Source of the DNA: Deltaproteobacteria bacterium | GTDB taxonomy: Bacteria; Desulfobacterota; RBG-13-43-22 | Direction of reading: 5' to 3' | NCBI GenBank assembly: GCA_016219225.1 | Contig: JACRBX010000047.1 | Span: forward strand, 3,846 to 67,845 | DNA length: 64,000 bases | Part shown: one piece after another, positions 29,460-39,790 of the stretch | Numbering within the stretch: the first letter of the stretch is position 1 | Layout of the letters: each line of letters starts with the position of its first letter | Translations under genes and position numbers: made by a program | The notes under the pieces: generated by a model | Databases searched by the model: none | Told to the model about the DNA's origin: nothing | What the model saw: only the letters and a program-made list of their open reading frames with translations

Positions 29460-30152
29460 ATGGCTAAAATTGAAAAAGCGCCCAAGATTCCCATGGGCAT
29501 TCAAGCCTACCATCTTATTCATAAGAAAATCATTACTCTCGATCTGGAGCCGGGGCAGCATCTGGACGAGAAACAATTGGTCCACCAATTAGGGATCGGA
29601 CGCACCCCTATCCGGGAGGCCTTACTGCGGTTAGCTTCAGAGTTTTTAGTCGAGACCCAGCCGAGCAAAGGGTTTATTGTCAGGCCCTTAACGGTTCAGA
29701 ACGTCAAAGCCATGTTTGAGGCTATGCATATCATGGAGATGGGAGTAGTTTCTTTAGCCATACGTCAAGATCCATCCAAGTATCTGCCCATGATGGAAGA
29801 ATCTCAGAAGCGTTTTGAGAAAGCTATTGAGACTAACGACGTCCTGGAGATGGTCTTGTCCAACCATAGTTTTCACATGCACTTCGCGCAATGCTCGGCC
29901 AATGAATACCTGATTCGGGCTTTAAAAGATGTCCGTAACGAGGTCAACCGATTGTCCTATCTCTCGTTCGGCAGCAGAATGGATATTACAGATGATATCC
30001 GTCAGCACTACAAATCCGTCGATCAGGATCATTTGCAAATGATGGATTGTTTGATAAAAAAGGACCAGGATTTGTTGCAAAAGACCGTTGAGGAACATAA
30101 CAAAGCCTTCCAGCGGCGCGTCATTTTTTACCTGACCAGTTCGAAACTCTGA
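29460..30152 (+). CDS. GntR family transcriptional regulator (FadR/FCD-type C-terminal domain)
   Basis: N-terminal winged HTH (GQHLDEKQLVHQLGIGRTPIREAL) and C-terminal all-helical FCD-like region. Confidence 0.8.
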   Translation: MAKIEKAPKIPMGIQAYHLIHKKIITLDLEPGQHLDEKQLVHQLGIGRTPIREALLRLASEFLVETQPSKGFIVRPLTVQNVKAMFEAMHIMEMGVVSLAIRQDPSKYLPMMEESQKRFEKAIETNDVLEMVLSNHSFHMHFAQCSANEYLIRALKDVRNEVNRLSYLSFGSRMDITDDIRQHYKSVDQDHLQMMDCLIKKDQDLLQKTVEEHNKAFQRRVIFYLTSSKL

Positions 30153-30379
30153 GTGAGCCGGATCAGGCCTGAACCCCTAGGAAGTCAAAGAGTTTCATCC
30201 CCTATCCAAATCCCCTATCCAAAATAATCAACGAAAAAATTGAGTCTTCCGAAGAGAATTTTAATTCAAACAAGTGGAAGTCCTTCCCTGCCGTTTTTGA
30301 TAACAGCCGAGGGATTGAAAATCCCTAGACATTGCCATACAAAACAAATACATTCGCCCAATTTAGAGGAGAATAGCCG

Positions 30380-30694
30380 ATGGCCCAAAATGAAGCCCCA
30401 GAAGATGAAATGCAGAACTTATTGGAAGTCAAGGATGAGATTTTGGAAGTCTTGAACCAGCTTCGAGAGACTTCCGAGCGGCTGCAAAAGGGTTTAGAAG
30501 TCCCTTATGATAAGGTCAATTCCCTGTTAGCCCGGGGGGAAGCCCTGGCCCAAAAAATTGGTTCCCTGCCGGGAATGGGGCAGGCCGGAGAGGACTTTTC
30601 AGTCCATATCAACAAAATAGGCCAGGCCATAAAAGACCTTCAGAACTTTGATGCCTTAAAAAAAGAAAATCTCATTACAGGCGTTAAATTTTAA
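30380..30694 (+). CDS. hypothetical small acidic coiled-coil protein
   Basis: Good Shine-Dalgarno (gaggag 8 nt upstream of the ATG); no recognisable domain. Confidence 0.4.
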   Translation: MAQNEAPEDEMQNLLEVKDEILEVLNQLRETSERLQKGLEVPYDKVNSLLARGEALAQKIGSLPGMGQAGEDFSVHINKIGQAIKDLQNFDALKKENLITGVKF

Positions 30695-30848
30695 TTTTGT
30701 TTCCATAAATTTTTTGGGTTGCATTTATTGAAAAGATATGATACCTAATCAAGGTAAGTGTGGTCATCCCCTTATAAATCAGAGTAGCGCATGGGCAGCC
30801 GAGTACTCTAAGGCCGCGTACACCAGTATAGAAAAGAAAGGGTGGGGA

Positions 30849-32705
30849 ATGAGTGGAATTGATTGGTTGAAGGTATGTTGGCTGTTTATAATATGTCTGA
30901 TTGCTGTTCCTTCAAATTCGTATGCGTTGGCGCCTCCCAACCCCACAGCTTTCAAATCCCCTCCCGTTCCTGAATTAATACCCACACCAACAGCCAAAAA
31001 TCCCAACCTTTCATCGTCACCTTCAGAAACTTTTGAATTGATCCCTCCGGTCCTGGTGGATGAAGAGGCTCTTGATGTTGTGGCCAATGATCTTCCTCCA
31101 ATCATCAAACCTTCTCATGAAGAAATCAAAGAAAAGGTTATTTTAGAATTAAAAGAACTCGAAAAGGGAAGAGAACCCAAAATAAAGGCCTCTTTCGATT
31201 TTCCTATTGTGATTAATGACCAGGTGGAATACTTTATCGACTATTTCCAGACCAGACTCCGTAACCGTTTTTCCCTTTGGATGGCCCGGTCCAGCCGTTA
31301 TATACCGATGATGAAAAAGATTTTAAACGAACACGCCTTGCCGGAGGATTTAGTCTATCTGGCCATGATCGAAAGCGGCTTCAGCACCAAGGCCTATTCC
31401 AGGGCCCATGCCGTAGGGCCTTGGCAATTCATCCGGGAGACCGGAGAGCGATACGGCCTTCGAGTCAATTCCTGGGTGGATGAACGGAAAGACCCCATTA
31501 AATCCACTAGGGCAGCAGCCAAGCATCTGTCCGATCTTTTTAATCGCTTTGGTTCCTGGTATCTGGCGGCCGCCGGCTATAATGCCGGTGAAGGAAAGAT
31601 TTCCAGGGCCCTGGCCCTTTATAACGCCCAGAATTTCTGGGAAATCACGGCCGACCATTGTCATTATATAAAAGAAGAAACCAAACAATATGTTCCCAAG
31701 ATGATTGCGGCCGCCCTGATTGCCAAAGAACCCGAAAAGTACGGATTTGATAATATTCCCTACTTCCCGCCTCTTTCCTTTGAAGAAGCCACCGTTCCGG
31801 GAAATGTGGAATTAAAAGATGTCGCCACCGCCTGCGGGGTGGACCTGGAGACCATTGTCGATTTGAACCCGGAATTAAAGCGATGGATTACGCCACCGGG
31901 AGTTTCCAGCTATGCCCTTCGTATTCCCAATGGAACCAAAGAAAAACTCCTGGAAAATTATGCCCAGTTAGTAAAACCAAAACCGGTGGTTACCTATGCT
32001 GAACACCGGGTCAGGAAAGGGGAGCGCCTGGCTTCCATTGCCAGGAGATACGGGGTCAAAGCCAGCCTGATCGCCCGGGTTAACCGGATTAAGGGCAAAG
32101 GCCAGCTTAATGCCGGCCTGGTGTTATTAATTCCCCAAAAAGGGGGGTCTTCCGGATCTGCACCTGATGTTGATTTAATCGACCGTGAAAACCAGTTCGA
32201 TAAAACCGCATCCCTTCGGGCATCCCGAACCTCCAGGGGGAAAAAGGTTTCTTTCGTTGCCCATAATGAAAATGAAAAAGAGGACCAGATTCGTCGCATC
32301 CAATACAAGGTTAAAAAGGGAGATTCCCTTTCTTCTATTGCCGAAAAATTTGATGTTAAGATTGCTATGATTAAAAAATGGAATCCTAAAGGAGGCAAAA
32401 AAGTCCAGGCAGGAAGCACCTTGACCTTGTTTGTTCCCAAGGGTAATTCCGATCGAGAAGGAAAGAAAGAAAACGGGAAACCCGGCAAGTTAAATCAGAA
32501 AAAATTCAAAGCCGAAGGGAAGAGTGGCATTAAACTTGTGACTTATACGGTTAAAAAAGGAGACAACCTGTCGGAAATCGCCGAAAAATTTAATACGACC
32601 CCTGATCAAATCCGGGCCTGGAACAGGCTTTCCTCGAAAGGTCTGATTAAACCCGGAGATAAACTGAGTCTCAAATCCCTTAAACTCCCGGCCGAAAATA
32701 TTTAA
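30849..32705 (+). CDS. membrane-bound lytic murein transglycosylase D-like protein with three LysM domains
   Basis: Signal peptide; SLT catalytic motif LAMIESGFS...GPWQF; three YxVKKGDxLSxIAxKF LysM repeats; start set at the internal ATG 30849 preceding the signal peptide. Confidence 0.8.
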   Translation: MSGIDWLKVCWLFIICLIAVPSNSYALAPPNPTAFKSPPVPELIPTPTAKNPNLSSSPSETFELIPPVLVDEEALDVVANDLPPIIKPSHEEIKEKVILELKELEKGREPKIKASFDFPIVINDQVEYFIDYFQTRLRNRFSLWMARSSRYIPMMKKILNEHALPEDLVYLAMIESGFSTKAYSRAHAVGPWQFIRETGERYGLRVNSWVDERKDPIKSTRAAAKHLSDLFNRFGSWYLAAAGYNAGEGKISRALALYNAQNFWEITADHCHYIKEETKQYVPKMIAAALIAKEPEKYGFDNIPYFPPLSFEEATVPGNVELKDVATACGVDLETIVDLNPELKRWITPPGVSSYALRIPNGTKEKLLENYAQLVKPKPVVTYAEHRVRKGERLASIARRYGVKASLIARVNRIKGKGQLNAGLVLLIPQKGGSSGSAPDVDLIDRENQFDKTASLRASRTSRGKKVSFVAHNENEKEDQIRRIQYKVKKGDSLSSIAEKFDVKIAMIKKWNPKGGKKVQAGSTLTLFVPKGNSDREGKKENGKPGKLNQKKFKAEGKSGIKLVTYTVKKGDNLSEIAEKFNTTPDQIRAWNRLSSKGLIKPGDKLSLKSLKLPAENI

Positions 32706-32744
32706 TCCCCCTTCCCAAGCCCCTTTCATTCTTTCATTCTAAAT

Positions 32745-32764
32745 CCCCAGGCCTTTGCCTGGGG
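32745..32764. terminator. GC hairpin between convergent genes (possible bidirectional terminator)
   Basis: ccccaggc-cttt-gcctgggg perfect 8-bp stem; lacks a strong U-tract on the + strand. Confidence 0.35.
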
Positions 32765-32840
32765 GGGAACGAATCAGGAAAATATATTAAAAAAGGGCTA
32801 TAGACCAGGAGCTGTAGGTTAAACGATTTCAAGTTTTTCT

Positions 32841-32874
32841 TCGCCCATAGCCCATAGCCTATTGCCCATAGCCC
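32841..32874. repeat. 7-nt-period tandem array (GCCCATA units) overlapping the 3' end of the hydrolase gene
   Basis: gcccatagcccatagcctattgcccatagccc. Confidence 0.65.
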
Positions 32875-33683
32875 TTTTGAGGTATTCTCCACTTGAAACT
32901 TGCATCTTGCATCCTGAAATTTAACAGGACGAAATCCCGAACAGCCTGATTGACCTCTTTGTGTTTTTCCAACATCACCAGGTGTCCTGCTCCGGGAATC
33001 AGGATGAGCCGGGAGGAAGCTATCTTTTTTTGAAGAAAGTGAGAAGAGGCCGGTGGAGTCATGACATCTTGATCTCCGACCAGGATCAGCGTTGGGATTT
33101 TGATAGTTGAGACTTCTTCCTGTCGATCGAAATGATCACAGGCCTGAAAATCTCCCTGAATAACGGGGATCGGGGTTTGCTCCATTAACTGGATGGATTG
33201 CCTGATAAGCTGGGGGGGAGTCCCCTGGGCAAAGCTCCCTTGAATGATCTTGGCCAGGGTTTCGTCCGGCTGTTTCTTTAATCCGGATACTATCTTGGGA
33301 GAAACTCCCAAAGTGGCCCCGGTGGCAATCAAAATCAAACCTTGGATTTTCTCCTGAAATCGCAGGCCAATCTCCAGAGCGATAGCCCCGCCCATAGAAT
33401 GACCGCCGAGGAAAAAGGTGTCGAAGAAAGGCCCCGTCAGGGTTTCGTGAACCCATTGGGCGTAAGAGGAAATGGAGGTCCTCCCCGGACCCGTAGTATT
33501 TCCATGACCGGGGAGTTCCAGGGTCAGTATGTTTAAAAAACGATCCAAGCCCCTCAGTTGCGGCAGAAAAGACTGGGAACTTCCGCCGGCCCCGTGAATC
33601 AGGACCAGGGTGGGTCTCTTAGGGAGCAAGCCGGAGTCGCCTGTCCGGAAACCTACATCAGCCGGCAGACCGTAACGTTGCAT
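32859..33683 (-). CDS. alpha/beta fold hydrolase
   Basis: HGAGGS oxyanion region and GHSMGG nucleophile elbow. Confidence 0.75.
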   Translation of the reverse strand: MQRYGLPADVGFRTGDSGLLPKRPTLVLIHGAGGSSQSFLPQLRGLDRFLNILTLELPGHGNTTGPGRTSISSYAQWVHETLTGPFFDTFFLGGHSMGGAIALEIGLRFQEKIQGLILIATGATLGVSPKIVSGLKKQPDETLAKIIQGSFAQGTPPQLIRQSIQLMEQTPIPVIQGDFQACDHFDRQEEVSTIKIPTLILVGDQDVMTPPASSHFLQKKIASSRLILIPGAGHLVMLEKHKEVNQAVRDFVLLNFRMQDASFKWRIPQKGYGQ

Positions 33684-33790
33684 GGTATGGAAATTTTGAG
33701 GAAGTTTTTTCAGACAGGATTTACAGGATGGACCGGATAACTTGTTGACCTTAAATCCTGTTTGTCCTGTCTGAAAAAAAGTTTGTCTTT

Positions 33791-34774
33791 TTACATGATC
33801 TTTTTAAATTCTTCTTCGAGAACCGGAACCACCTCAAAAAGATCGCCGACGATCCCATAATCGGCCTTCTGGAAAATCGGGGCGTCCGCGTCTTTGTTGA
33901 CGGCCACGATAACCTTGGATGATCCCATACCGGCCAGATGCTGAATCGCCCCAGAAATACCGCAGGCGATATAAAGATTGGGATTGACGACCTTGCCCGT
34001 TTGTCCCACTTGATCGGTGTGGGGACGCCAGCCGGCATCTACGGCTGAACGGGAGGCGCCGACACTGGCCCCGATGATCGCAGCCAGTTTTTCCAGAATG
34101 ATGAAGTTCTCGGAACCCTTCATGCCGCGGCCGCCGGAAACGATACAAGTGGCCTCGGTAAGATCTACTTTGCCGCTTTGATCGGCAAGCTCTTCCACCA
34201 GGGTGGTCCGCAGATCTTCCGGCTTAAGAGAGACCGGAACCGGAACAGTCTCAGCGGTGCGGTTGGTATCGGGCTCAAGAATGGCAAAGACATTCGGGCG
34301 GGCTGTTACCATCTGGGGCCTGGCGGTCTCACAAACCACCTCGGCATAGATTTTACCGGCGTACATGGGCCGTTTGGCGACCAATAATCCGTCTTCCAAA
34401 CGGAGGCCGACGCAGTCCATGGCCAAACCGGTTGAAAGTCTGGCCGCTAACTTGGCCGCCAACTCCTTGCCTTGTTGACTGGCCCCCCCTAAAACGATAT
34501 CCGGTTCGTTGGCCTTGATGAGTTCGGCCAGGACCGCCGTATAGGCTTCCGGGGTATAGGCCGCCAGTTCAGGGGCATCGGCAATATAAATAGTCTCCGC
34601 TCCATAGGCGGCTAATTTTTTGGCTTCCTCGCCGATTTGATGGCCTATAACGATTGCCGCCAGGGGCTGTCCCGATTGATCGGCCAAACGCCTTCCTTCA
34701 CTAACCAATTCAAACGATATCTTGCGCAGGGTTCCCCCTCTTTGTTCCGCAATAATCCATATTCCTTTTGCCAT
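33791..34774 (-). CDS. etfA: electron transfer flavoprotein subunit alpha
   Basis: C-terminal FAD-binding motif region (PNLYIACGISGAIQHLAGM); paired with etfB. Confidence 0.85.
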   Translation of the reverse strand: MAKGIWIIAEQRGGTLRKISFELVSEGRRLADQSGQPLAAIVIGHQIGEEAKKLAAYGAETIYIADAPELAAYTPEAYTAVLAELIKANEPDIVLGGASQQGKELAAKLAARLSTGLAMDCVGLRLEDGLLVAKRPMYAGKIYAEVVCETARPQMVTARPNVFAILEPDTNRTAETVPVPVSLKPEDLRTTLVEELADQSGKVDLTEATCIVSGGRGMKGSENFIILEKLAAIIGASVGASRSAVDAGWRPHTDQVGQTGKVVNPNLYIACGISGAIQHLAGMGSSKVIVAVNKDADAPIFQKADYGIVGDLFEVVPVLEEEFKKIM

Positions 34775-34790
34775 AACCTCTTCTCCTTCA

Positions 34791-35585
34791 CTAAATAATT
34801 TTGGCTTCTTCTCGTAATAACTTGACCAGTAACAATCCTTTCTCTTGAATCGTTTCTCCTTCGACGATTTTACCGGGTTGGCGTTCGGGAGGCGGGGTTA
34901 AGGATCTGATCTTTAACTTGGAGCCCGCTTCCCCGACCTGGTCCGGAGAAAGGCCTAAGTCACCGAGCTTCTTGGCCGTCAGGGGTTTTTTCTTGGCCTT
35001 CATGATCCCTGGCAAAGAAGCATAACGAGGTTCGTTCAAGCCTTTTTGGGTAGTAATAAGAGCCGGCAAGGAGGTTTCAAGGACCCAGGTGGCCCCTTCC
35101 ACCGGACGATGAACCTTAACTTTGGTCTTGTCCTCTGAAATTTCCACCTTGGTAATAACCGACAATAAAGGGATCTGTAACTGTTCCGACAAGGCGGCGC
35201 CCACTTGGGCATTGTCGTCATCCACAGCGCGCTGGCCGCAGAAAATAAGATCAAAGGGCACTCCCTTTACCGCCGCGGCCAGGACCCGGGCCATGGCCAG
35301 GGCATCCCCTCCATCGGCTGCCGGATCATCGACGTGAATAGCCTCATCGGCCCCCATGGCCAGGGCCGTACGCAAGGATTCTACGACCCGTTGAGGCCCG
35401 ACGCCGATCACAGTCACCTTACCCCCTGTTTTTTCCTTAATACGCAGGGCTTCTTCCACTCCAAATTCATCATAAGGGTTCATCACCCATTTAATGTCAG
35501 CGGTTTGAATCCCTTTTCCCCCGGAATCGATTTTAATTTGCGTTTCGGTATCCGGAACTTGTTTGATACAGGTTAATATATTCAC
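34791..35585 (-). CDS. etfB: electron transfer flavoprotein subunit beta
   Basis: MNILTCIKQVPDTE N-terminus typical of EtfB/FixA. Confidence 0.85.
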   Translation of the reverse strand: MNILTCIKQVPDTETQIKIDSGGKGIQTADIKWVMNPYDEFGVEEALRIKEKTGGKVTVIGVGPQRVVESLRTALAMGADEAIHVDDPAADGGDALAMARVLAAAVKGVPFDLIFCGQRAVDDDNAQVGAALSEQLQIPLLSVITKVEISEDKTKVKVHRPVEGATWVLETSLPALITTQKGLNEPRYASLPGIMKAKKKPLTAKKLGDLGLSPDQVGEAGSKLKIRSLTPPPERQPGKIVEGETIQEKGLLLVKLLREEAKII

Positions 35586-35652
35586 CTTTTCCTCCTTTTC
35601 CGCCCATCCCCGTTCGATCGGAAGGGCCGGTATTTTTTTGATTGTACAATAA

Positions 35653-36234
35653 TCAGGCCGTTAATCCTTTTAAGAAAAAGTCACTGATCTGTTTGGCCGC
35701 CGTGGGGATCGAATATTTTTTTTGAGGCGCCAGGACCCAAAGTCTGGACAATTCATCCAGAGCGCCAAAAAAGGCCCGTTTGGCGATCCCGGGATTAATG
35801 TCCTGGCGGAAGACTTTTTGGGATTGTCCTTCAATAATGATCTCCGAAATTAAATCCAAATATTGGGCGAATTTGCGATTGTCATATTCTTTCATAAATT
35901 TACTGCTTTGCCGGGTCTCCACCTGAATAACCTCAGCTAACGCTCTATCCTTTTTAACCATTCCCATATGGATCCTGGCAAATTTTTCAATTTTTTTCCG
36001 GGGATCCGTTTCCTTGGCGATCTGAGAGCGCATTTCATCGATAATCCTGGTCATGGCCTCTTCAAAAAGGCTGATCAAGATATCATCTTTATTGTGAAAA
36101 TAGAGATAAATGGTCCCGTCCGCCACATTGGCGGTTTCGGCAATCTCGGAAACTTTGGATTGATAGAAGCCTTTCCGGGCAAATACACTGACGGCTGCTC
36201 GTAATATTTTTTCTCGTTTATTGAGATCGCGCAT
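35653..36234 (-). CDS. TetR/AcrR family transcriptional regulator
   Basis: N-terminal HTH (KREKILRAAVSVFARKGFYQSKVSEIAETANVADGTIYLYF). Confidence 0.85.
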   Translation of the reverse strand: MRDLNKREKILRAAVSVFARKGFYQSKVSEIAETANVADGTIYLYFHNKDDILISLFEEAMTRIIDEMRSQIAKETDPRKKIEKFARIHMGMVKKDRALAEVIQVETRQSSKFMKEYDNRKFAQYLDLISEIIIEGQSQKVFRQDINPGIAKRAFFGALDELSRLWVLAPQKKYSIPTAAKQISDFFLKGLTA

Positions 36235-36244
36235 AGGACTTCTG

Positions 36245-36264
36245 TGAATGATGTCTCATTCACT
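36245..36264. promoter_or_regulatory. Perfect palindrome GTGAATGA-tgtc-TCATTCAC just upstream of the TetR start; candidate TetR operator
   Basis: Read directly; lies 11 nt upstream of the tetR start codon, in the divergent region shared with the ABC transporter operon. Confidence 0.4.
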
Positions 36265-36592
36265 ATATAACCAAGGTATTTTGGAGTGTCAAGTTTTTAT
36301 TTTTGATGTGATAGCAAAGAGATGAATTAAGGTTGACAAAAGATGCGTTGTCTATCAATATCAGCACCAGGGATTAAAAATCCGGTTCGATGGATCTCCG
36401 TTAATTAAATCTCTTGACAGGATAACCAGGTAATAATATAGCTATTTAAAAGTCATTATCCCTTGGAGGTCTTCGAAAACCAGACAGAAGGGAGGGGGGG
36501 AAGAACTTCATAACAACAGGAAACGGAAAGCATTTCTTAACAAACTTAAATGAAGCCTTTAATCTTTTTTGAGGAGAAAGGGGAGAAACGTT

Positions 36593-37798
36593 ATGAAAAA
36601 ATTATATTGGATCTTTCTGGGTGCCATCCTGTTAACCTTTAGCCTGGCCGGCCTCCTGATGGCGGCTGAACCCATCAAAATCGGATTCATTGCCTCCATC
36701 ACCGGTCCAGCCTCCTTCCTCGGTGAACCGGAAAAAAACACTGCCCTGTTGATTCAGGATTGGATCAATAAAGAAGGGGGAATCAAAGGGACTCCGGTGG
36801 AAATTATCATCGAAGATTCCAAAAGCGAAGAGAGCCAGGCGGTTCTGGCGACTAAAAAGCTGATCGAAAGGGAAAAAGTGGTCGCAGTGGTCGGATCTTC
36901 CACCACCGGCGAATCCATGGCCATGGCCCCCATTTGCGAAAAGGCTCAGATCCCGATGATTTCCATGGCTGCAGCTTTGCAAATCGTCACACCGGCCGAT
37001 GAATATAAGCGGATCGTTGAAAGCCCCAAGGCGGCTTTTGAGGTTCCCAAAACCCAACGTCCCTGGATTTTTAAGACGCCTCAAACCGACACCCAGGCCG
37101 TCGAAGCGATTTACAATTACCTGAAGAAAAAAGGGATCAGTAAAGTCGGGATCATCAGTGTCAGTGCAGCCTTTGGTGATTCAGGACGGAAGGAACTTAA
37201 ACGGTTGGCTCCCAAATTCGGTATTACCCTTACCGCCGATGAAGTCTACGGACCTAAGGATTCAGACATGACTGCCCAGTTGACGCGGGTTAAAGCCAGC
37301 GGGGCCCAGGGGGTCATCAACTGGTCTGTCGGCCCGGTCCAGGTGGTGGTGACCAAAAACTGGAAGGCCCTGGCCATGGGGATTCCCTTGTATCAAAGCC
37401 ATGGTTTTGGGAGCAAGAAAAATATCGAATTGGCCGGCGGTGCGGCCGAAGGGGTCATCTCTCCTTTGGGGCGACTGGTGGTCTGGGATAAACTGCCCAA
37501 AAATCATCCGCAATATACGGTTCTTTCCAAGTATGCCCAGGAATTTGAAAAAAAGTATAAGGCCGAGGTTTCCACCTTCGGAGGCCATGGTTATGATGCC
37601 TTAATGATGCTGATTGAAACGATTAAAAATGTGGGGACCGATAAAACCAAGATCCGGGATTATATTGAAAACCATATTAAAAAGTGGCCTGGGACCGGCG
37701 GGGTCTTTAACATGTCTCCTACGGACCATACCGGGTTGGATCATACCGCTTTTGAAATGATTCAAGTGGTCAAAGGCGATTGGGAATTTGCCAAATAA
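36593..37798 (+). CDS. ABC transporter substrate-binding protein (type I PBP, Liv-like)
   Basis: Signal peptide; start chosen at ATG 36593, the in-frame Met that begins the signal peptide (MKKLYWIFLG); PBP1 pattern. Confidence 0.75.
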   Translation: MKKLYWIFLGAILLTFSLAGLLMAAEPIKIGFIASITGPASFLGEPEKNTALLIQDWINKEGGIKGTPVEIIIEDSKSEESQAVLATKKLIEREKVVAVVGSSTTGESMAMAPICEKAQIPMISMAAALQIVTPADEYKRIVESPKAAFEVPKTQRPWIFKTPQTDTQAVEAIYNYLKKKGISKVGIISVSAAFGDSGRKELKRLAPKFGITLTADEVYGPKDSDMTAQLTRVKASGAQGVINWSVGPVQVVVTKNWKALAMGIPLYQSHGFGSKKNIELAGGAAEGVISPLGRLVVWDKLPKNHPQYTVLSKYAQEFEKKYKAEVSTFGGHGYDALMMLIETIKNVGTDKTKIRDYIENHIKKWPGTGGVFNMSPTDHTGLDHTAFEMIQVVKGDWEFAK

Positions 37799-37811
37799 GT
37801 GAATAAGCATA

Positions 37812-37890
37812 GGGTTCGGAGTTCGGAGTTGGGAGTTTGTAGACGGACTATACTATAAACCTTATACTCCGAACTCTAAACTCCGAACTT
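37812..37890. repeat. Inverted pair of 7-nt-period arrays (GTTCGGA)n ... (TCCGAAC)n, potential long hairpin
   Basis: gggttcggagttcggagttgggagttt ... actccgaactctaaactccgaactt. Confidence 0.7.
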
Positions 37891-37929
37891 GCCCCCCTTT
37901 TGTTAATTGTTTCAGAGTGAAGGCGCAAA

Positions 37930-38823
37930 ATGGACCTCCAGAGTCAGATTATTCAATATTTAGTGACTGGATTGACCGTTGGCAGCATCTATGCCATGGT
38001 CGGGTTGGGGTTTACCATCATCTATAACGCCACCGGCATCATCAATCTGGCCCAGGGAGAATTTGTCATGTTCGGGGGTCTGGTTATGGTTTTTTTGACC
38101 GTTACCCTGAAGATTCCCATGTTTTTTTCCTTTCTCATCACTCTGGTCCTGATTACCCTGGTGGGGGTTTTTTATGAGCGGTTTTTTATCAACCCTTTGA
38201 AAAATGCCCCGTTAATGACCCTGCTGATTATCACCGTGGCCGTGTCGATTTTTTTCCGGGGAATTGCCATGTTTATCTGGGGGAAAGACCCTTACAGCCT
38301 TCCCCCCTTTTCTTCCGGTCAGCCCCTGATTGTGGCCGGCGCAGCTATTTTGCCTCAGATCTTCTGGGTCCTGGGCCTTTCATTGCTGGCCGTTATTGGG
38401 ATGAATCTTTTTTTTAATCGAACCATTACCGGCAAGGCCATGAGTGCCTGCTCAGGAAATCGTCTGGCTGCCAGTTTAGTAGGGATCAATGTCTCCAAGA
38501 TGGTCCTGCTTTCTTTTGCCCTGAGCGCTACTTTGGGAGCGGTAGCCGGAGCCAGCATCACCCCCATTGCCCTCATGGAATACGATCGGGGGCCTCTTCT
38601 GGCCCTAAAAGGGTTTTGCGCGGCCGTGCTGGGCGGTCTGGGTATGGGAACAGGGGCTGTAGTTGCCGGGTTTATCATCGGGGTGATAGAATCCTTTTCG
38701 GCGGGGTTTATCTCATCCGGTTTCAAGGATGCCATTGCCTTAATTATCCTGATCCTGGTCCTCTTTATCAAACCCAGTGGCATATTCGGCAGTGCGGAAG
38801 TCGGGAAGATTAAAAAAATTTAG
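37930..38823 (+). CDS. ABC transporter permease (LivH-like)
   Basis: Polytopic; family length. Confidence 0.75.
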   Translation: MDLQSQIIQYLVTGLTVGSIYAMVGLGFTIIYNATGIINLAQGEFVMFGGLVMVFLTVTLKIPMFFSFLITLVLITLVGVFYERFFINPLKNAPLMTLLIITVAVSIFFRGIAMFIWGKDPYSLPPFSSGQPLIVAGAAILPQIFWVLGLSLLAVIGMNLFFNRTITGKAMSACSGNRLAASLVGINVSKMVLLSFALSATLGAVAGASITPIALMEYDRGPLLALKGFCAAVLGGLGMGTGAVVAGFIIGVIESFSAGFISSGFKDAIALIILILVLFIKPSGIFGSAEVGKIKKI

Positions 38824-38837
38824 GGGCTGGCACAGGG

Positions 38838-39788
38838 ATGGGCAAACAAAACTACCTTAAACTCCTCGGACTCACCTTTCTGGTTATCCTGATCCCTTTA
38901 TTTATCAGAGGGGATTATTACCTGAGTGTTCTGGTTTTTATGGGTATCAATAGTTTGGTGGTTATGGGTCTTAGCCTCCTGATGGGCTATGCCGGCCAGA
39001 TATCCTTAGGGCATGCCGCTTTTTATGGTATCGGAGCCTACTGCACCGGGGTTCTGGCAGCCAAATACGGATTATCCATCTACCTGGCCTTCTTGTCAGG
39101 GATCTTTCTTTCGATTGTAGTGGCCATTATCATCGGCATACCGGCCCTGCGGTTGAAGGGCCATTATCTGGCCGTGGCCACCTTAGGGATAGGAGAAATT
39201 GTCTTTATATTTTTTAATGAACTGATGGAATTGACCGGAGGGCCATCAGGGCTTTCCAATATTCCAGGGGTCCACATCGGTGGTTTTCAATTCAACTCCA
39301 GTTTCCGCTTCTATTATCTGGTCTGGGGGATTGTCCTTTTAGCCCTGTGGTTCTCTCTTAACCTGCTCCATTCCCGAGTGGGGCGGGCCCTGCGTTCCAT
39401 GCATGGTAGTGAAGTTGCGGCCAATGCCATGGGGGTCAACCTTTCTCTGTATAAAATCCAGGTTTTTGTTCTGAGTGCTATTTATGCCTCCATCGCCGGC
39501 AGCCTCTATGCCCATTTTGTTAATTTTATCGCACCTAATAATTTCGGGCTCATGACTTCCATCCTGTTCCTTATGATGGGGGTTATCGGGGGCATCCAAA
39601 ATATCTGGGGTTCTATCCTGGGAGCGGCCCTCTTAACCTTTTTGCCGGAATATCTCAGGGTCTTCGAACAATACGACATCCTGGTCTATGGGGCCATTCT
39701 TCTGGCCATCTTGTTATTCATGCCGGAAGGGTTCTTGGAAGGCACTCCTGTTTTAATCCGAAAACTGTTCAGGCGGGGGAAAAACTGA
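38838..39788 (+). CDS. ABC transporter permease (LivM-like)
   Basis: Polytopic; family length. Confidence 0.75.
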   Translation: MGKQNYLKLLGLTFLVILIPLFIRGDYYLSVLVFMGINSLVVMGLSLLMGYAGQISLGHAAFYGIGAYCTGVLAAKYGLSIYLAFLSGIFLSIVVAIIIGIPALRLKGHYLAVATLGIGEIVFIFFNELMELTGGPSGLSNIPGVHIGGFQFNSSFRFYYLVWGIVLLALWFSLNLLHSRVGRALRSMHGSEVAANAMGVNLSLYKIQVFVLSAIYASIAGSLYAHFVNFIAPNNFGLMTSILFLMMGVIGGIQNIWGSILGAALLTFLPEYLRVFEQYDILVYGAILLAILLFMPEGFLEGTPVLIRKLFRRGKN

Positions 39789-39790
39789 TC

